A stretch of DNA of 64,000 nt from an uncultured bacterium (GTDB lineage: Bacteria > Babelota > Babeliae > Babelales > Babelaceae): assembly GCA_963819815.1 (NCBI GenBank), contig CAWFXL010000001.1, positions 544,001 through 608,000 of the forward strand, read 5' to 3'. Numbering within the stretch: position 1 is the stretch's first letter; each line of letters begins with the position of its first letter. Under the pieces are notes generated by a model. That model saw only the letters and a program-made list of their open reading frames with translations, searched no databases and was not told the origin of the DNA. The position numbers and the translations under genes are program-made. Positions 10,341-19,470 of this stretch are shown one piece after another.

Positions 10341-11219
10341 ATGAAACTATGTACTATTCTAGCTGTTTCCGGGCTGTTCGTAGTCGGTACTATCAAGCCT
10401 TCATCAAAATCACTTTCTACCAGCGATTTTGATGTTGAATCATGCTCAACGACCAGTGAAAGCATTGAAGATCATATCGAGCAACCCCAATTGGGAGCAA
10501 CTGCTCAACTTATTGCGAATGGCAGAAGACTTGCAGCACAACAAGATGCAAATAATGATGAAACAGAAACCGTGGGAATTAGTCTCATGAAAAAATCGGA
10601 GGAAAAGCAAAGACTCATCTCCGAACTCACGACACGCATTGAAATTATCACCGGCAAAATTGCTAAAGTTACAACTGCCATTGAAAGCACGTTCGATGAG
10701 CTTGCCAAAACTCAGGAAAACGTTTCCTACTATGAAGGGGTTCTCCATAGGTTAAAAGCACAACTCCAATTATGGAAAAACGATGGTACTATCATCATAA
10801 GGGGAGATAATGATGATGAACCTGAAGCATTATCCGCCGATCAAGCAAACCGACTTACTGGAATTGAGGTTGCCGCCATTTTAGAACCAGGGGTACAGAG
10901 AAAAGAGAAAGTAATGGCTGAAATCAATGGGGAACTTGCCATGCTTAGTCAGCAGCATGCAGTACTCTGTGTTCAACGTGCCAACGCAGAAAGAGAGCTT
11001 GCAGCTGCCCAAGAAACCCAGCAAAATCATATCCGATCTGGCAAGGATGTGGATGGAGCTATTCTCAACTTGGCGGAGGCACACCCAGATGCCATGGCTC
11101 CAGAGTCTGTCGAGGCCATTAAACAAAGAAATGTTGAAGAAGCGCGACGAGAGCTTGCCCGCATGAGAAACAAAAAGCCTGTTGAGCCACAAAAGTCAAC
11201 CCACTGTCTCCTTTTATGA
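10341..11219 (+). CDS. Secreted coiled-coil protein with C-terminal CaaX motif (CLLL)
   Basis: RBS AAGGAG; signal-like N-terminus; ends ...RNKKPVEPQKSTHCLLL*. Confidence 0.82.
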   Translation: MKLCTILAVSGLFVVGTIKPSSKSLSTSDFDVESCSTTSESIEDHIEQPQLGATAQLIANGRRLAAQQDANNDETETVGISLMKKSEEKQRLISELTTRIEIITGKIAKVTTAIESTFDELAKTQENVSYYEGVLHRLKAQLQLWKNDGTIIIRGDNDDEPEALSADQANRLTGIEVAAILEPGVQRKEKVMAEINGELAMLSQQHAVLCVQRANAERELAAAQETQQNHIRSGKDVDGAILNLAEAHPDAMAPESVEAIKQRNVEEARRELARMRNKKPVEPQKSTHCLLL

Positions 11220-11223
11220 ACAC

Positions 11224-11252
11224 TAAGGAAGCCTGCTTAGCAGGCTTCCTTA
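11224..11252 (+). terminator. Intrinsic terminator hairpin
   Basis: Perfect stem TAAGGAAGCCTGC-tta-GCAGGCTTCCTTA just after the stop at 11219. Confidence 0.8.
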
Positions 11253-11559
11253 TAGCATTACCCTCATAAAATCACCATGGATCGCCCCAATCATCTCTAT
11301 CCAAATGTCCCCCCGCGGGGAGTTATGAAAATATATACCACCACCCTCTTTTCATGTTCCTGCTTTCCTATCACCAGTGCTCAAGTATGCCACGGATTCA
11401 AAAGGGCGACCTCATAAGTGTATTCCTAGTCTAATAGCAATGTAGCGTACTACCCTTCGCCATTATGGCAGATTCCAAGATAGTAGGATTCTCTTGACAA
11501 TGAAGCGCATGAGGATGTACTTTCCAAGGAAAGAAGCATACTACCCTAAAATGGTTTTT

Positions 11560-12441
11560 ATGAAAAAAGTACTTAATGGTCACTCGCTTGAACTGTCCCA
11601 TCTTGATAAGGTGTTCTTTCCTCGAGCACATCTGACAAAAGGTGATGTTATCGACTATTACGAGAAGATTGCAGACTATCTCCTACCCCATATTAAAGGT
11701 CATCCGATCGTTATGCATCGTTACCCCAATGGCATTGCAGATGAGGGCTTTTATCAAAAAGAGGTTCCCGACTATTTTCCTTCATGGATCCACCGGAAAA
11801 CGGTTCCTTTAAAAAAGGGTGAACATCAAACTCTTGTTGTGATTGATGATTCTGCCTCACTCGTGTATTTAGCTAATCAGGGAGTACTCGTTTTCCATTC
11901 GTGGTTAAGCTCAGCTGATGCCATACATACTCCAAATAAAATCGTATTTGATCTCGATCCAAGTGGCCATGACGTGGATGCGCTCAAGGATACAGCACGC
12001 AAAATAAAGAAGATTCTTGAGCACCATTCATTAAAGCCGTACGTTATGACGACAGGCTCACGGGGATACCATATTGTTACTCCCCTAATTCCTGAGCATT
12101 CTTTTGAGGCAGTACACGAATTTGCAAAACATATCGCAGAAGACTTAGTTAAGGCAGAGCCTCATCTGTATACTGTTGAGATAAACAAGGAAAAGAGAAA
12201 AGGAAAAATCTTTATCGACTATCTCCGTAACTCCTATGGCCAAACCTCTGTTGCATGCTATTCGCTTAGAGAGCATGAAGGTGCACCAGTAGCTACACCC
12301 CTTGACTGGGCTGAGCTTACAAACACAGATCCTCAAACGTATACGATTAAAAATATTCTTAAACGGTTATCTCAGAAAGATGATCCTTGGAAGGACTTTG
12401 AAAAGCATGCTCGAAAGCTTGTTATCAACTACAGCTCTTAG
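11560..12441 (+). CDS. ligD: Stand-alone LigD primase-polymerase domain protein
   Basis: LSHLDKVFFP, TKGDVIDYY, RYPNGI..FYQK, FDLDP, TTGSRGYH, IFIDYLRN. Start uncertain (ORF opens at 11494). Confidence 0.9.
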   Translation: MKKVLNGHSLELSHLDKVFFPRAHLTKGDVIDYYEKIADYLLPHIKGHPIVMHRYPNGIADEGFYQKEVPDYFPSWIHRKTVPLKKGEHQTLVVIDDSASLVYLANQGVLVFHSWLSSADAIHTPNKIVFDLDPSGHDVDALKDTARKIKKILEHHSLKPYVMTTGSRGYHIVTPLIPEHSFEAVHEFAKHIAEDLVKAEPHLYTVEINKEKRKGKIFIDYLRNSYGQTSVACYSLREHEGAPVATPLDWAELTNTDPQTYTIKNILKRLSQKDDPWKDFEKHARKLVINYSS

Positions 12442-12565
12442 TATGCTTATTGGACGTATCTCTTTTTGAAAATGCACCTATGAAAAAAATCTTAGCATCA
12501 ATGATGCAACCCAGAGTTTGCGTACACCATTAGCACTTCTATCGTTAACATCGCAGAATATATTG

Positions 12566-13048
12566 TTAAAGAATTATATTTCTAACGTCCTTTAAGAAGG
12601 CAATAAGAGTATCTGCTTTTTTTGTCAGCTCACTTTCACTAAGCCCTGATCGGTTGCTAGTCAGAAGAGAGATATGCTTTGGCGCGATCATTGTCTTAAA
12701 TTTATGCAAAGGGTCGGAACTATTTCTTATTTCATCTGCGGTCGTAACAAAAAGATGGTAGCCAAGCTGTGACATTTTTGATTTAAAGCCAAGTTTCTCT
12801 TCTTCTACAGCTTTGATGAGTACCGATTTCAATTGATTGCAGTAGAAGGTATACTCCAACGGACTTGCATTTTTAACTTTTTCATAAGCCTTTAGAATAT
12901 TTTTGTATTCATCCTCGATTAGCTTAACACCTTCTTCAAGATTGCTTGTCCTGATAGCTATGCGCTGGGGACTCAATGGAGCAGCTATACTATGGTTCAA
13001 AAAGGATACGGTAGCCAGAAAAACGAATCCACAGGTAGAGATCTTCAT
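12566..13048 (-). CDS. Secreted hypothetical protein
   Basis: 160-aa ORF, signal peptide ending HSIA. Confidence 0.7.
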   Translation of the reverse strand: MKISTCGFVFLATVSFLNHSIAAPLSPQRIAIRTSNLEEGVKLIEDEYKNILKAYEKVKNASPLEYTFYCNQLKSVLIKAVEEEKLGFKSKMSQLGYHLFVTTADEIRNSSDPLHKFKTMIAPKHISLLTSNRSGLSESELTKKADTLIAFLKDVRNIIL

Positions 13049-13172
13049 GAGGTGCCTTTCACGTAAGAAGACGAATAGAGTTTTTATATTGTCCTCTAAC
13101 TAAGCTATCAGATCACTCAAATATTTCAAGAAATCTCTCTCTTACACTCGACCAGTACACTTCAGTGACTTC

Positions 13173-13207
13173 GGGCCCCGCCACTACTTCTCTGCATAGC
13201 GGGGCCC
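13173..13207 (-). terminator. GC-rich hairpin downstream of aminoacylase
   Basis: GGGCCCCGC...GCGGGGCCC. Confidence 0.6.
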
Positions 13208-13219
13208 ATTTTTTCTACC

Positions 13220-14563
13220 TCAACAGCAGAACTGTTCCAAGAATGTCGTTACGAGTGCCCGTCCCTTCTTAAGTTCTTCAACCGGAACCATTTCATCCGT
13301 CCCATGTATGTTATCCTTTACAAGGAAGGGACTAAACCCTATTCCCTCAAGTCCCATTTTGAGGTAATAACGAAGATCACTCGCACCCTCAGATACCAGC
13401 GGCTCTACCCTCTGGCCATGAGAGTTAATCGCCCTTACGAGCGCCTTATAAAGAGGCGTCTCATACGAGGTATTTTCCGGCCGTTCATCCACGGTTGCCT
13501 CAATGCGGTAGCTTGAATTAGGATGCGGTGCACAATACTGACCAAGAAGCGCCTGCGCATCTTCAAGTGTCATCGACGGAGGAACCCGAATGTCGATCGT
13601 TGCCTGAGCAACATGAGGTACCACATTAAGAGACGCATTGCCCTGAGCAACATAACCAGCATTAAGGGAGGTAATGTTCATCGACAGTAGCCTGCCAGGC
13701 TCCACCTTACCGGGTTCTAACCCATTGGGTTGTAACCCACTAGATTTCAACCCACTTGGCACATCAGGTTTTGTAGCCGCCCGTTTTTGTTGCTCTTCAT
13801 GATGGCCCACGATTGGCGTAAGCACCTTTATCAGATCATGGACAGCATTCTTGCACATAAGACGAGACCCATGAGCAAGCTCACCTGTACAGGTAATTCG
13901 TACCTGCAATGGTTTTCGTTCGTCTACTTTGAGAAGATACTCATCTTCGCTCGCCCTTCCTTCATCAAGTACATACCCGACATTGAGAGCACGAAAAGCA
14001 TCAGACTCAATAAACTCCTTGGTTCCCTTAAAGCCTCCCCGCTCTTCATCAGGAACGGCAAAGATATGGATAGTACGCTGCGGATGTGTACCCGAATCCT
14101 TCAGAGCTTTCAGAGCAAAGTAGTGAATTGCTCCTACTCCTTTCATGTCCTGTACACCACGAGCTATAAGGTTACCCTCATATATCTCAGCCTTAAAGGG
14201 ATGGGCAATCCATTCCTCTTCATTCGGAGCAGGAACGACATCCATGTGATGGTTCATTGCTAATGCTTCAAGAGAGGGGTCGGTTCCTTCAAGGGTTATA
14301 ATGACAGCCGCTAACCCAGAAGGTAGAGAAACCTCTTGGTAGAGAAATCCGTCCTTCAGTGCTTGCTTTTTCAAGAGTGCTCGCGCACCTGCATAATCCG
14401 GGTTAGGATGGGCAGTATTAATGCGTAAATACTCCTGCAAGAACTGTACCATCTCTGTATCGCAATCACCCTTTGCACAGCTTGTGCCAGTTTGTAGCAG
14501 ATAGAAAGCACCCAACATTAAGCCAAGACACGATATACTTATAAGTAGAGAAACCAGTTTCAT
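13220..14563 (-). CDS. M20 family aminoacylase-1-like hydrolase with N-terminal signal/TM
   Basis: FLQEYLRINTAHPNPDY, NHHMDVVP, ARGVQDMK, VPDEE.GG, LDEG, IHGTDE; resembles eukaryotic ACY1. Confidence 0.9.
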   Translation of the reverse strand: MKLVSLLISISCLGLMLGAFYLLQTGTSCAKGDCDTEMVQFLQEYLRINTAHPNPDYAGARALLKKQALKDGFLYQEVSLPSGLAAVIITLEGTDPSLEALAMNHHMDVVPAPNEEEWIAHPFKAEIYEGNLIARGVQDMKGVGAIHYFALKALKDSGTHPQRTIHIFAVPDEERGGFKGTKEFIESDAFRALNVGYVLDEGRASEDEYLLKVDERKPLQVRITCTGELAHGSRLMCKNAVHDLIKVLTPIVGHHEEQQKRAATKPDVPSGLKSSGLQPNGLEPGKVEPGRLLSMNITSLNAGYVAQGNASLNVVPHVAQATIDIRVPPSMTLEDAQALLGQYCAPHPNSSYRIEATVDERPENTSYETPLYKALVRAINSHGQRVEPLVSEGASDLRYYLKMGLEGIGFSPFLVKDNIHGTDEMVPVEELKKGRALVTTFLEQFCC

Positions 14564-15420
14564 AGTGCCTCCCTAGCTAGAGGTGAAAGCTGATACCTAA
14601 ATACAAAGCCATAGCCAGGTACCGATTTGTCATCGGGTAGTGGCGCACATTCTGAACTATCGGCATCAAATGATGGCTTAAATGCTCTATACTGATAAAG
14701 TTCAACCGGTCTTCCAATAGGTTGCATACCAGTTATAAAACGCATGAATGCTCCAAGAAGTGAGGGAGTTCTGTCATACCCACCCTCTTGCCCTACATTG
14801 GCATTAATTAGGCCAAAGAGGAGAACAAGCGCCTGTGATGACTTCTTTAAGATATGTGCAGTAACCTCGTATGCAATACAGCCGTATGCATAGTCGGTTA
14901 ATGCTTTGTTAATACCTTTGCTCCGATACAGTGGATGAGTAAAAGATCCTCCACTATAGATATATGTATCTGACAATGAGTAGGCAACATCCTTTGCAAG
15001 ATCACCTGGCAGGTGCTTCCTCTCTTCACTATACAGACCGGCATGTATCTTGGTACTCGAAGGGCCACAACACCTAATTTCTTCACAAAGAATCGAAGTG
15101 AGCTCTTCTTCATCGTTCACCAGAAAGAGTTTGCGCAATCCTACAATAGTATTTGTTGACTTATCGCGGGCAACAAAAAGCCTTTTCTGGGTTATCGCTT
15201 TTTCAAGGGAGCTTCTTCGAAACTTCCTGGGTACAATAACGAGTTTCTCCTCGTCCTTGACCATCTCTTGCTCAGTAAGGGCAAGTAGTTCATCAAGGTC
15301 ATTCTCTGTTGCATAGCCAAAAGAAATGTCAGTTTTTTCAATGGGCAATTCAAGACTCTTGTTCATTGCTAATGCTGTTGTAAAGCACCCAAAAAGGGCA
15401 CCATATAAAAAGAATTTCAT
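14560..15420 (-). CDS. Secreted GNAT-like acyltransferase
   Basis: Start ATG 15420 after AAGGA; signal TTALA|M; THPLYRSKGINKAL resembles motif A; 4-bp overlap with the aminoacylase. Confidence 0.7.
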   Translation of the reverse strand: MKFFLYGALFGCFTTALAMNKSLELPIEKTDISFGYATENDLDELLALTEQEMVKDEEKLVIVPRKFRRSSLEKAITQKRLFVARDKSTNTIVGLRKLFLVNDEEELTSILCEEIRCCGPSSTKIHAGLYSEERKHLPGDLAKDVAYSLSDTYIYSGGSFTHPLYRSKGINKALTDYAYGCIAYEVTAHILKKSSQALVLLFGLINANVGQEGGYDRTPSLLGAFMRFITGMQPIGRPVELYQYRAFKPSFDADSSECAPLPDDKSVPGYGFVFRYQLSPLAREAL

Positions 15421-15540
15421 AATAATCCTTAGTATTTCATGGTTATATAGGTAGATGCGCACAAACACAGATAGATCTGGTCGTACGACACCATCATGAT
15501 TAAAACAAACGTGGGTAATGCGGGAATATATAAGGTAGGC

Positions 15541-15645
15541 TTAACGCCAGGATAGAGAGCGCCAGCAGAGAGTGCTAGAAGAAGAGAAGAGGCTAGAGAT
15601 ATGCATAGTGTCGAGATGTCTCATCTGACAGGTAAGGATATTCAT
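15541..15645 (-). CDS. Putative 34-aa leader peptide (not in the ORF track)
   Basis: AAGGAActctATG; MNILTCQMRHLDTMHISSLFSSSSTLCWRSLSWR*; a TG-g-TAGAAT -10 lies upstream. Confidence 0.55.
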   Translation of the reverse strand: MNILTCQMRHLDTMHISSLFSSSSTLCWRSLSWR

Positions 15646-15861
15646 AGAGTTCCTTGGGTTGAACAATTATTATTAACACATAGTATTATTCTACCATAAA
15701 ATTTACAAAAAGGAAATCGTTGCGATATGTATGATCCATCCCCTCTTTCTGTACCATACCCCATTCATACCATATGTTTAATCTCTACTACCTGCACAGA
15801 AAACATTGTTGAGCCTGACGCAAAGGGGTTCGTTCCCTTGCGTCTCTTGGCTCTCTTTTCT

Positions 15862-16347
15862 TCAGAGAATTTTTTTCATCATAAACAAATCATCCTCGTA
15901 GAAGAAAGGAAACCCACTTGGCAATTCACGCCTTTCAATGATCACAAATCCATTGCGGAGATAGAATTTCTTGGCTGCAATAGCAACTTCTGCTTTTGTA
16001 CTCAGATACCAGCTGCCTCGGGAACCTTTTTGTCCCATAAGTGTGTCTAACAATTTCTGGGCAACGCCCTTACGGCGAAACTCCTTATGTACAAACATCC
16101 GCTTCAAAACAAACACTTCTTCAGATAAGGTATCACATGCTATAGTTCCTATGATTTTGTCACCTGACAGTGCAACGAGAAACAGTCCGCCTCTCTCATG
16201 ATAATAGTGTTTAATATGGTGAAGGTCTGGAAAGTCTTGCGGAGCAACCTTGAAAGCATACTCATCAACCCAAATCTCAAAAATCAATCGTACAATTGCT
16301 GGAGAATCTTCACTACGTGCAGCTCTAATCACATACTGATCAACCAT
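15862..16347 (-). CDS. GNAT N-acetyltransferase
   Basis: LKRMFVHKEFRRKGVAQKL and AKKFYLRNGF. Confidence 0.9.
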   Translation of the reverse strand: MVDQYVIRAARSEDSPAIVRLIFEIWVDEYAFKVAPQDFPDLHHIKHYYHERGGLFLVALSGDKIIGTIACDTLSEEVFVLKRMFVHKEFRRKGVAQKLLDTLMGQKGSRGSWYLSTKAEVAIAAKKFYLRNGFVIIERRELPSGFPFFYEDDLFMMKKIL

Positions 16348-16900
16348 GAAGCCCGATCGTATTGTTCACAATAGTGAGAACAAGCTCTGGAAAATCAGGC
16401 TTAAAATAATCGCCTCCAAAATGTCCTTGGTTTGTATACTCATGATACTCGCATTGTAATTGTTCACGAATATAGCGAGGATGTTCTATGGGAATCCACG
16501 GATCATCCTGTGAGGCAAAAAGCGTAATCCACTTTTGATTTTTGCGTATACTATCCCAATCCCACCGGCGATTAAAATATCCAGCAAGCTTTTCAGTACT
16601 CATCCCCAAATCAGTATAATAAGCGCCGACTAAAACAGATCCAAGGATTTGATGATTTTCTGCCAATCTCATCGATGCAATCGCACCAGAAGAATGGCCC
16701 ACAAGTATAGTGTTTCTATCAACTTTCAACTCATCAAGTAAAAAGGGAAGCCAGAAGGATTCGCGGGCTAATTCAGGATCGGGAAACTCTGCAGCAATCA
16801 CCTCAAAGCCTTGATTTTCGAGGTCGGACTTAACACTTGGAAACCAATTATCCTGCGTAGTAGATCCGCCGTTTCCGGGTACAAATACAACCCTTATCAT
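16340..16900 (-). CDS. RBBP9/YdeN-family alpha/beta hydrolase
   Basis: VPGNGG, NWFP, GHSSG nucleophile elbow, DDPWI, GHF. Confidence 0.9.
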   Translation of the reverse strand: MIRVVFVPGNGGSTTQDNWFPSVKSDLENQGFEVIAAEFPDPELARESFWLPFLLDELKVDRNTILVGHSSGAIASMRLAENHQILGSVLVGAYYTDLGMSTEKLAGYFNRRWDWDSIRKNQKWITLFASQDDPWIPIEHPRYIREQLQCEYHEYTNQGHFGGDYFKPDFPELVLTIVNNTIGLHG

Positions 16901-17110
16901 ATGTCCTCTCCTAATGTTTTGGAAACAACAGCATGTAAATCATCTCCAAGTTGCTACGTGAAGCAAGTAAGCTCTCTATTTTCAAAAAACACGTATTTCT
17001 ATTTTCATAATGGTACACTGAGCCAAGTTAAGAAGCAATGCACCAAAACAGGTTACATTGCACTATCGATACTAAGATCACTGTCCCAAGCAATGCAAGG
17101 TAGGAAACAG

Positions 17111-17545
17111 ATGAAAAGCTGGAATATCAGGGTAAGCACAGAACAAGACTCTCAGTATATTGATGACAAGATCGTCGAGTTCAACAATAGCCAAGTGCCC
17201 TTTACACAGAAGACTGCTTTTATGCCAATGAATTTTGTCATAAAGGATGAGAATGATACTATTATTGCAGGGATCAATGCAGTCCTGTACTGCTGGCAAA
17301 TTCTCTATATCGATGTATTGTTCGTCGAAGAACAACATCGTGGCAAACAATTTGGAACCGCGTTGCTTACTAAAGTTGAAAACGAAGCGAAAAAGTTAGG
17401 CGCGAAACTTTCCCACCTAGATACTTTTGATTGGCAATCGAAAGAGTTCTATGAGAAGGCAGGCTATACGATATGTGGTGAGCTTAAGGATTGTCCAGTA
17501 GGACATACACGCTACTACTTAAAGAAAAATTTGGTGGGAGAATAA
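17111..17545 (+). CDS. GNAT N-acetyltransferase
   Basis: Start ATG 17111 after AGGA; LFVEEQHRGKQFG, LDTFDWQSKEFYEKAGY. Confidence 0.9.
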   Translation: MKSWNIRVSTEQDSQYIDDKIVEFNNSQVPFTQKTAFMPMNFVIKDENDTIIAGINAVLYCWQILYIDVLFVEEQHRGKQFGTALLTKVENEAKKLGAKLSHLDTFDWQSKEFYEKAGYTICGELKDCPVGHTRYYLKKNLVGE

Positions 17546-17599
17546 TCGCGAGACCAATACACATGTATCCAAAATGAGCCTACTGACGATTGTTAGTGG

Positions 17600-18139
17600 T
17601 TAAATCAGATCATTAAAGCTACGAACGGTGTCATGATAGTTCCCCCAAGCAATCCATGCTGACTTATTCCATTCATCCATAAGACGCCAGTGCTCTTCTT
17701 CTGATTGCGCTTTGAGAACATCAAGGACCGTAAGTGAACCCATGTTGTACGGTGGATCAAATGGCACTTCTTCAAGACGGATACCCGTATCAAGTAACAG
17801 CTGCATAGTCTTAAAAACCTCGGTAAGTGGTCTATTTTTTTCAACCATAAGATGTAGTGCAAAGAGATGCACCCATACAGATTGGCGTGATGCCGCTCTC
17901 AGTCTCTCATCTATATTACGCTCTTTTTGAATCTCAAGCTGGGGAGGATGCTGCACAGCATAGGCCTGAGGACTATGCTTATTAAAGCAACCGTGAGCAT
18001 GCTCATAGGCAAGCAGTTCAGCAAATGCTGCATTACATTCATAGGAATTCACGCCATATCGAGCAAAACCTGTAGACGCTGGAACATCTTCTTTGTCTCT
18101 AAGGGGAAATACAGCCTTGCACCCTGGACATGTAGTCAT
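17600..18139 (-). CDS. Conserved hypothetical protein (DUF5946-like)
   Basis: CPGC, AYAVQHP and QSVWVHL motifs. Confidence 0.7.
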   Translation of the reverse strand: MTTCPGCKAVFPLRDKEDVPASTGFARYGVNSYECNAAFAELLAYEHAHGCFNKHSPQAYAVQHPPQLEIQKERNIDERLRAASRQSVWVHLFALHLMVEKNRPLTEVFKTMQLLLDTGIRLEEVPFDPPYNMGSLTVLDVLKAQSEEEHWRLMDEWNKSAWIAWGNYHDTVRSFNDLI

Positions 18140-18237
18140 GACTTTTTCTCTATACTATCTGCAAACCGATCGTATGAAGTATATCGCCTGCTTTCATTTT
18201 AGCAAACAATGATAGGCTGAATCATTCGCGTTCCTTC

Positions 18238-18274
18238 AAAAAAGGGACGCAAGTTACTAAGTCCTGCGTCCCTA
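18238..18274 (-). terminator. Intrinsic terminator
   Basis: Minus strand AGGGACGCA...TGCGTCCCTTTTTT. Confidence 0.75.
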
Positions 18275-18293
18275 AAATATGTCACATTCACTA

Positions 18294-19055
18294 CTAGACG
18301 ATAAAAGTCGCCTGCTCAAGAAACTGGGTTACCCTGCATCCGAAGTTCCCTGCAATAAAGTCCGCGGCAATACGTGCATAGCGGAGTAATTTGAGATCAT
18401 TAATTTGCACTAATGCCATCAGATAAATATCATCGGTATAATCATCATACTGGTCCATATTGCATAATAAGGAGTCGATAGTTTTGGCCACTTGTAAAAA
18501 TGACGGAGGTGTAGGGAAGAAAGAGCAATGCATTCTCTCAGATTCTTCACAACTAATTGCCTGTTTGATCGCTTCAGCAAATACAAGAATAAGTTCCTTC
18601 CGATTAAAAAGGGGCTCATATTTAGAAAAGAGACCGTAACTAGAAGCATGAAGAGCACGTTTACTTTCAAGCTCTAAGGCTCTCTCAAAGAATTGTATGC
18701 CAAAGAATCTAAGCACATTAGCTTGTGCCCTTTTTTTATGATCCACATGCCAATCAGAATCTTTACCCTCAGACCATGCCGTATGGTATTTCACATTCTC
18801 ACTCTGCAAGGAATTGAGAGCCCCTATGAGAAAGTCTCTATCCAGTGCGGCTTTTTGAATAATCGAATATACCTCGTCGGCAGCTTTATTTTGCATGGCA
18901 GAATCATTTTTGATAAGGTGAATCAAGCCCTTCATGGTCTGATTTGCACACTCAATTCCCAGGTTATAGCTTTTACTTTGACCAGGGAAAGCACATAGTG
19001 CCCCACTGACGAGAGTACTAAGAGCGATCAATTTGGCTATATGATGAAACAACAT
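18294..19055 (-). CDS. Secreted hypothetical protein
   Basis: RBS AAGGAG; signal ending GALCA. Confidence 0.75.
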   Translation of the reverse strand: MLFHHIAKLIALSTLVSGALCAFPGQSKSYNLGIECANQTMKGLIHLIKNDSAMQNKAADEVYSIIQKAALDRDFLIGALNSLQSENVKYHTAWSEGKDSDWHVDHKKRAQANVLRFFGIQFFERALELESKRALHASSYGLFSKYEPLFNRKELILVFAEAIKQAISCEESERMHCSFFPTPPSFLQVAKTIDSLLCNMDQYDDYTDDIYLMALVQINDLKLLRYARIAADFIAGNFGCRVTQFLEQATFIV

Positions 19056-19234
19056 AGAGACTCCTTATAGTGGTATCTTCTTAGCTTATATCAATTAAAC
19101 ATACCGGGTATGTAGCAAAAAACAAATGGGGCCATACATTCTGAATATGGGAAAAAGAAGAGCCAAATTAGGTGACTTTTTCTTGGAAAGCCTGATACAG
19201 TGGCTCTAAGGCAAGCCTATTTCACTAAAATTCC

Positions 19235-19263
19235 TTGACTTTCTCCCTGGATAATGTTACAAT
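19235..19263 (+). promoter_or_regulatory. Near-consensus sigma70 promoter
   Basis: TTGACT-N17-TACAAT with TG extension. Confidence 0.65.
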
Positions 19264-19470
19264 TCGAAATATAAATATAGCAAAAAGCAATGCCGAAAGA
19301 CAGCCTGGGCATTTTATAATGATGCAGAAAAAGACCTCCCCGTACTCATTTTCAAAAGAAAATCATCGAAAAAATCTATTGGATAGATTTATCACAAACC
19401 ATTTGCATCTAAAAACAAGATATGCTACCTTAATCCTAAGATAGGTACTCTATAAATAATAAGGAAAGAC

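Noticed and set aside
16811..17110. 100-aa N-terminal extension of the GNAT ORF
   Set aside because: It overlaps the divergent hydrolase gene and intergenic region; an RBS and ATG at 17111 give a typical-length GNAT.
19270..19340. c-di-GMP-I or other riboswitch (GCAAA...GAAA look-alike)
   Set aside because: The required paired stems and the GACGCAAAGC-type core are absent.
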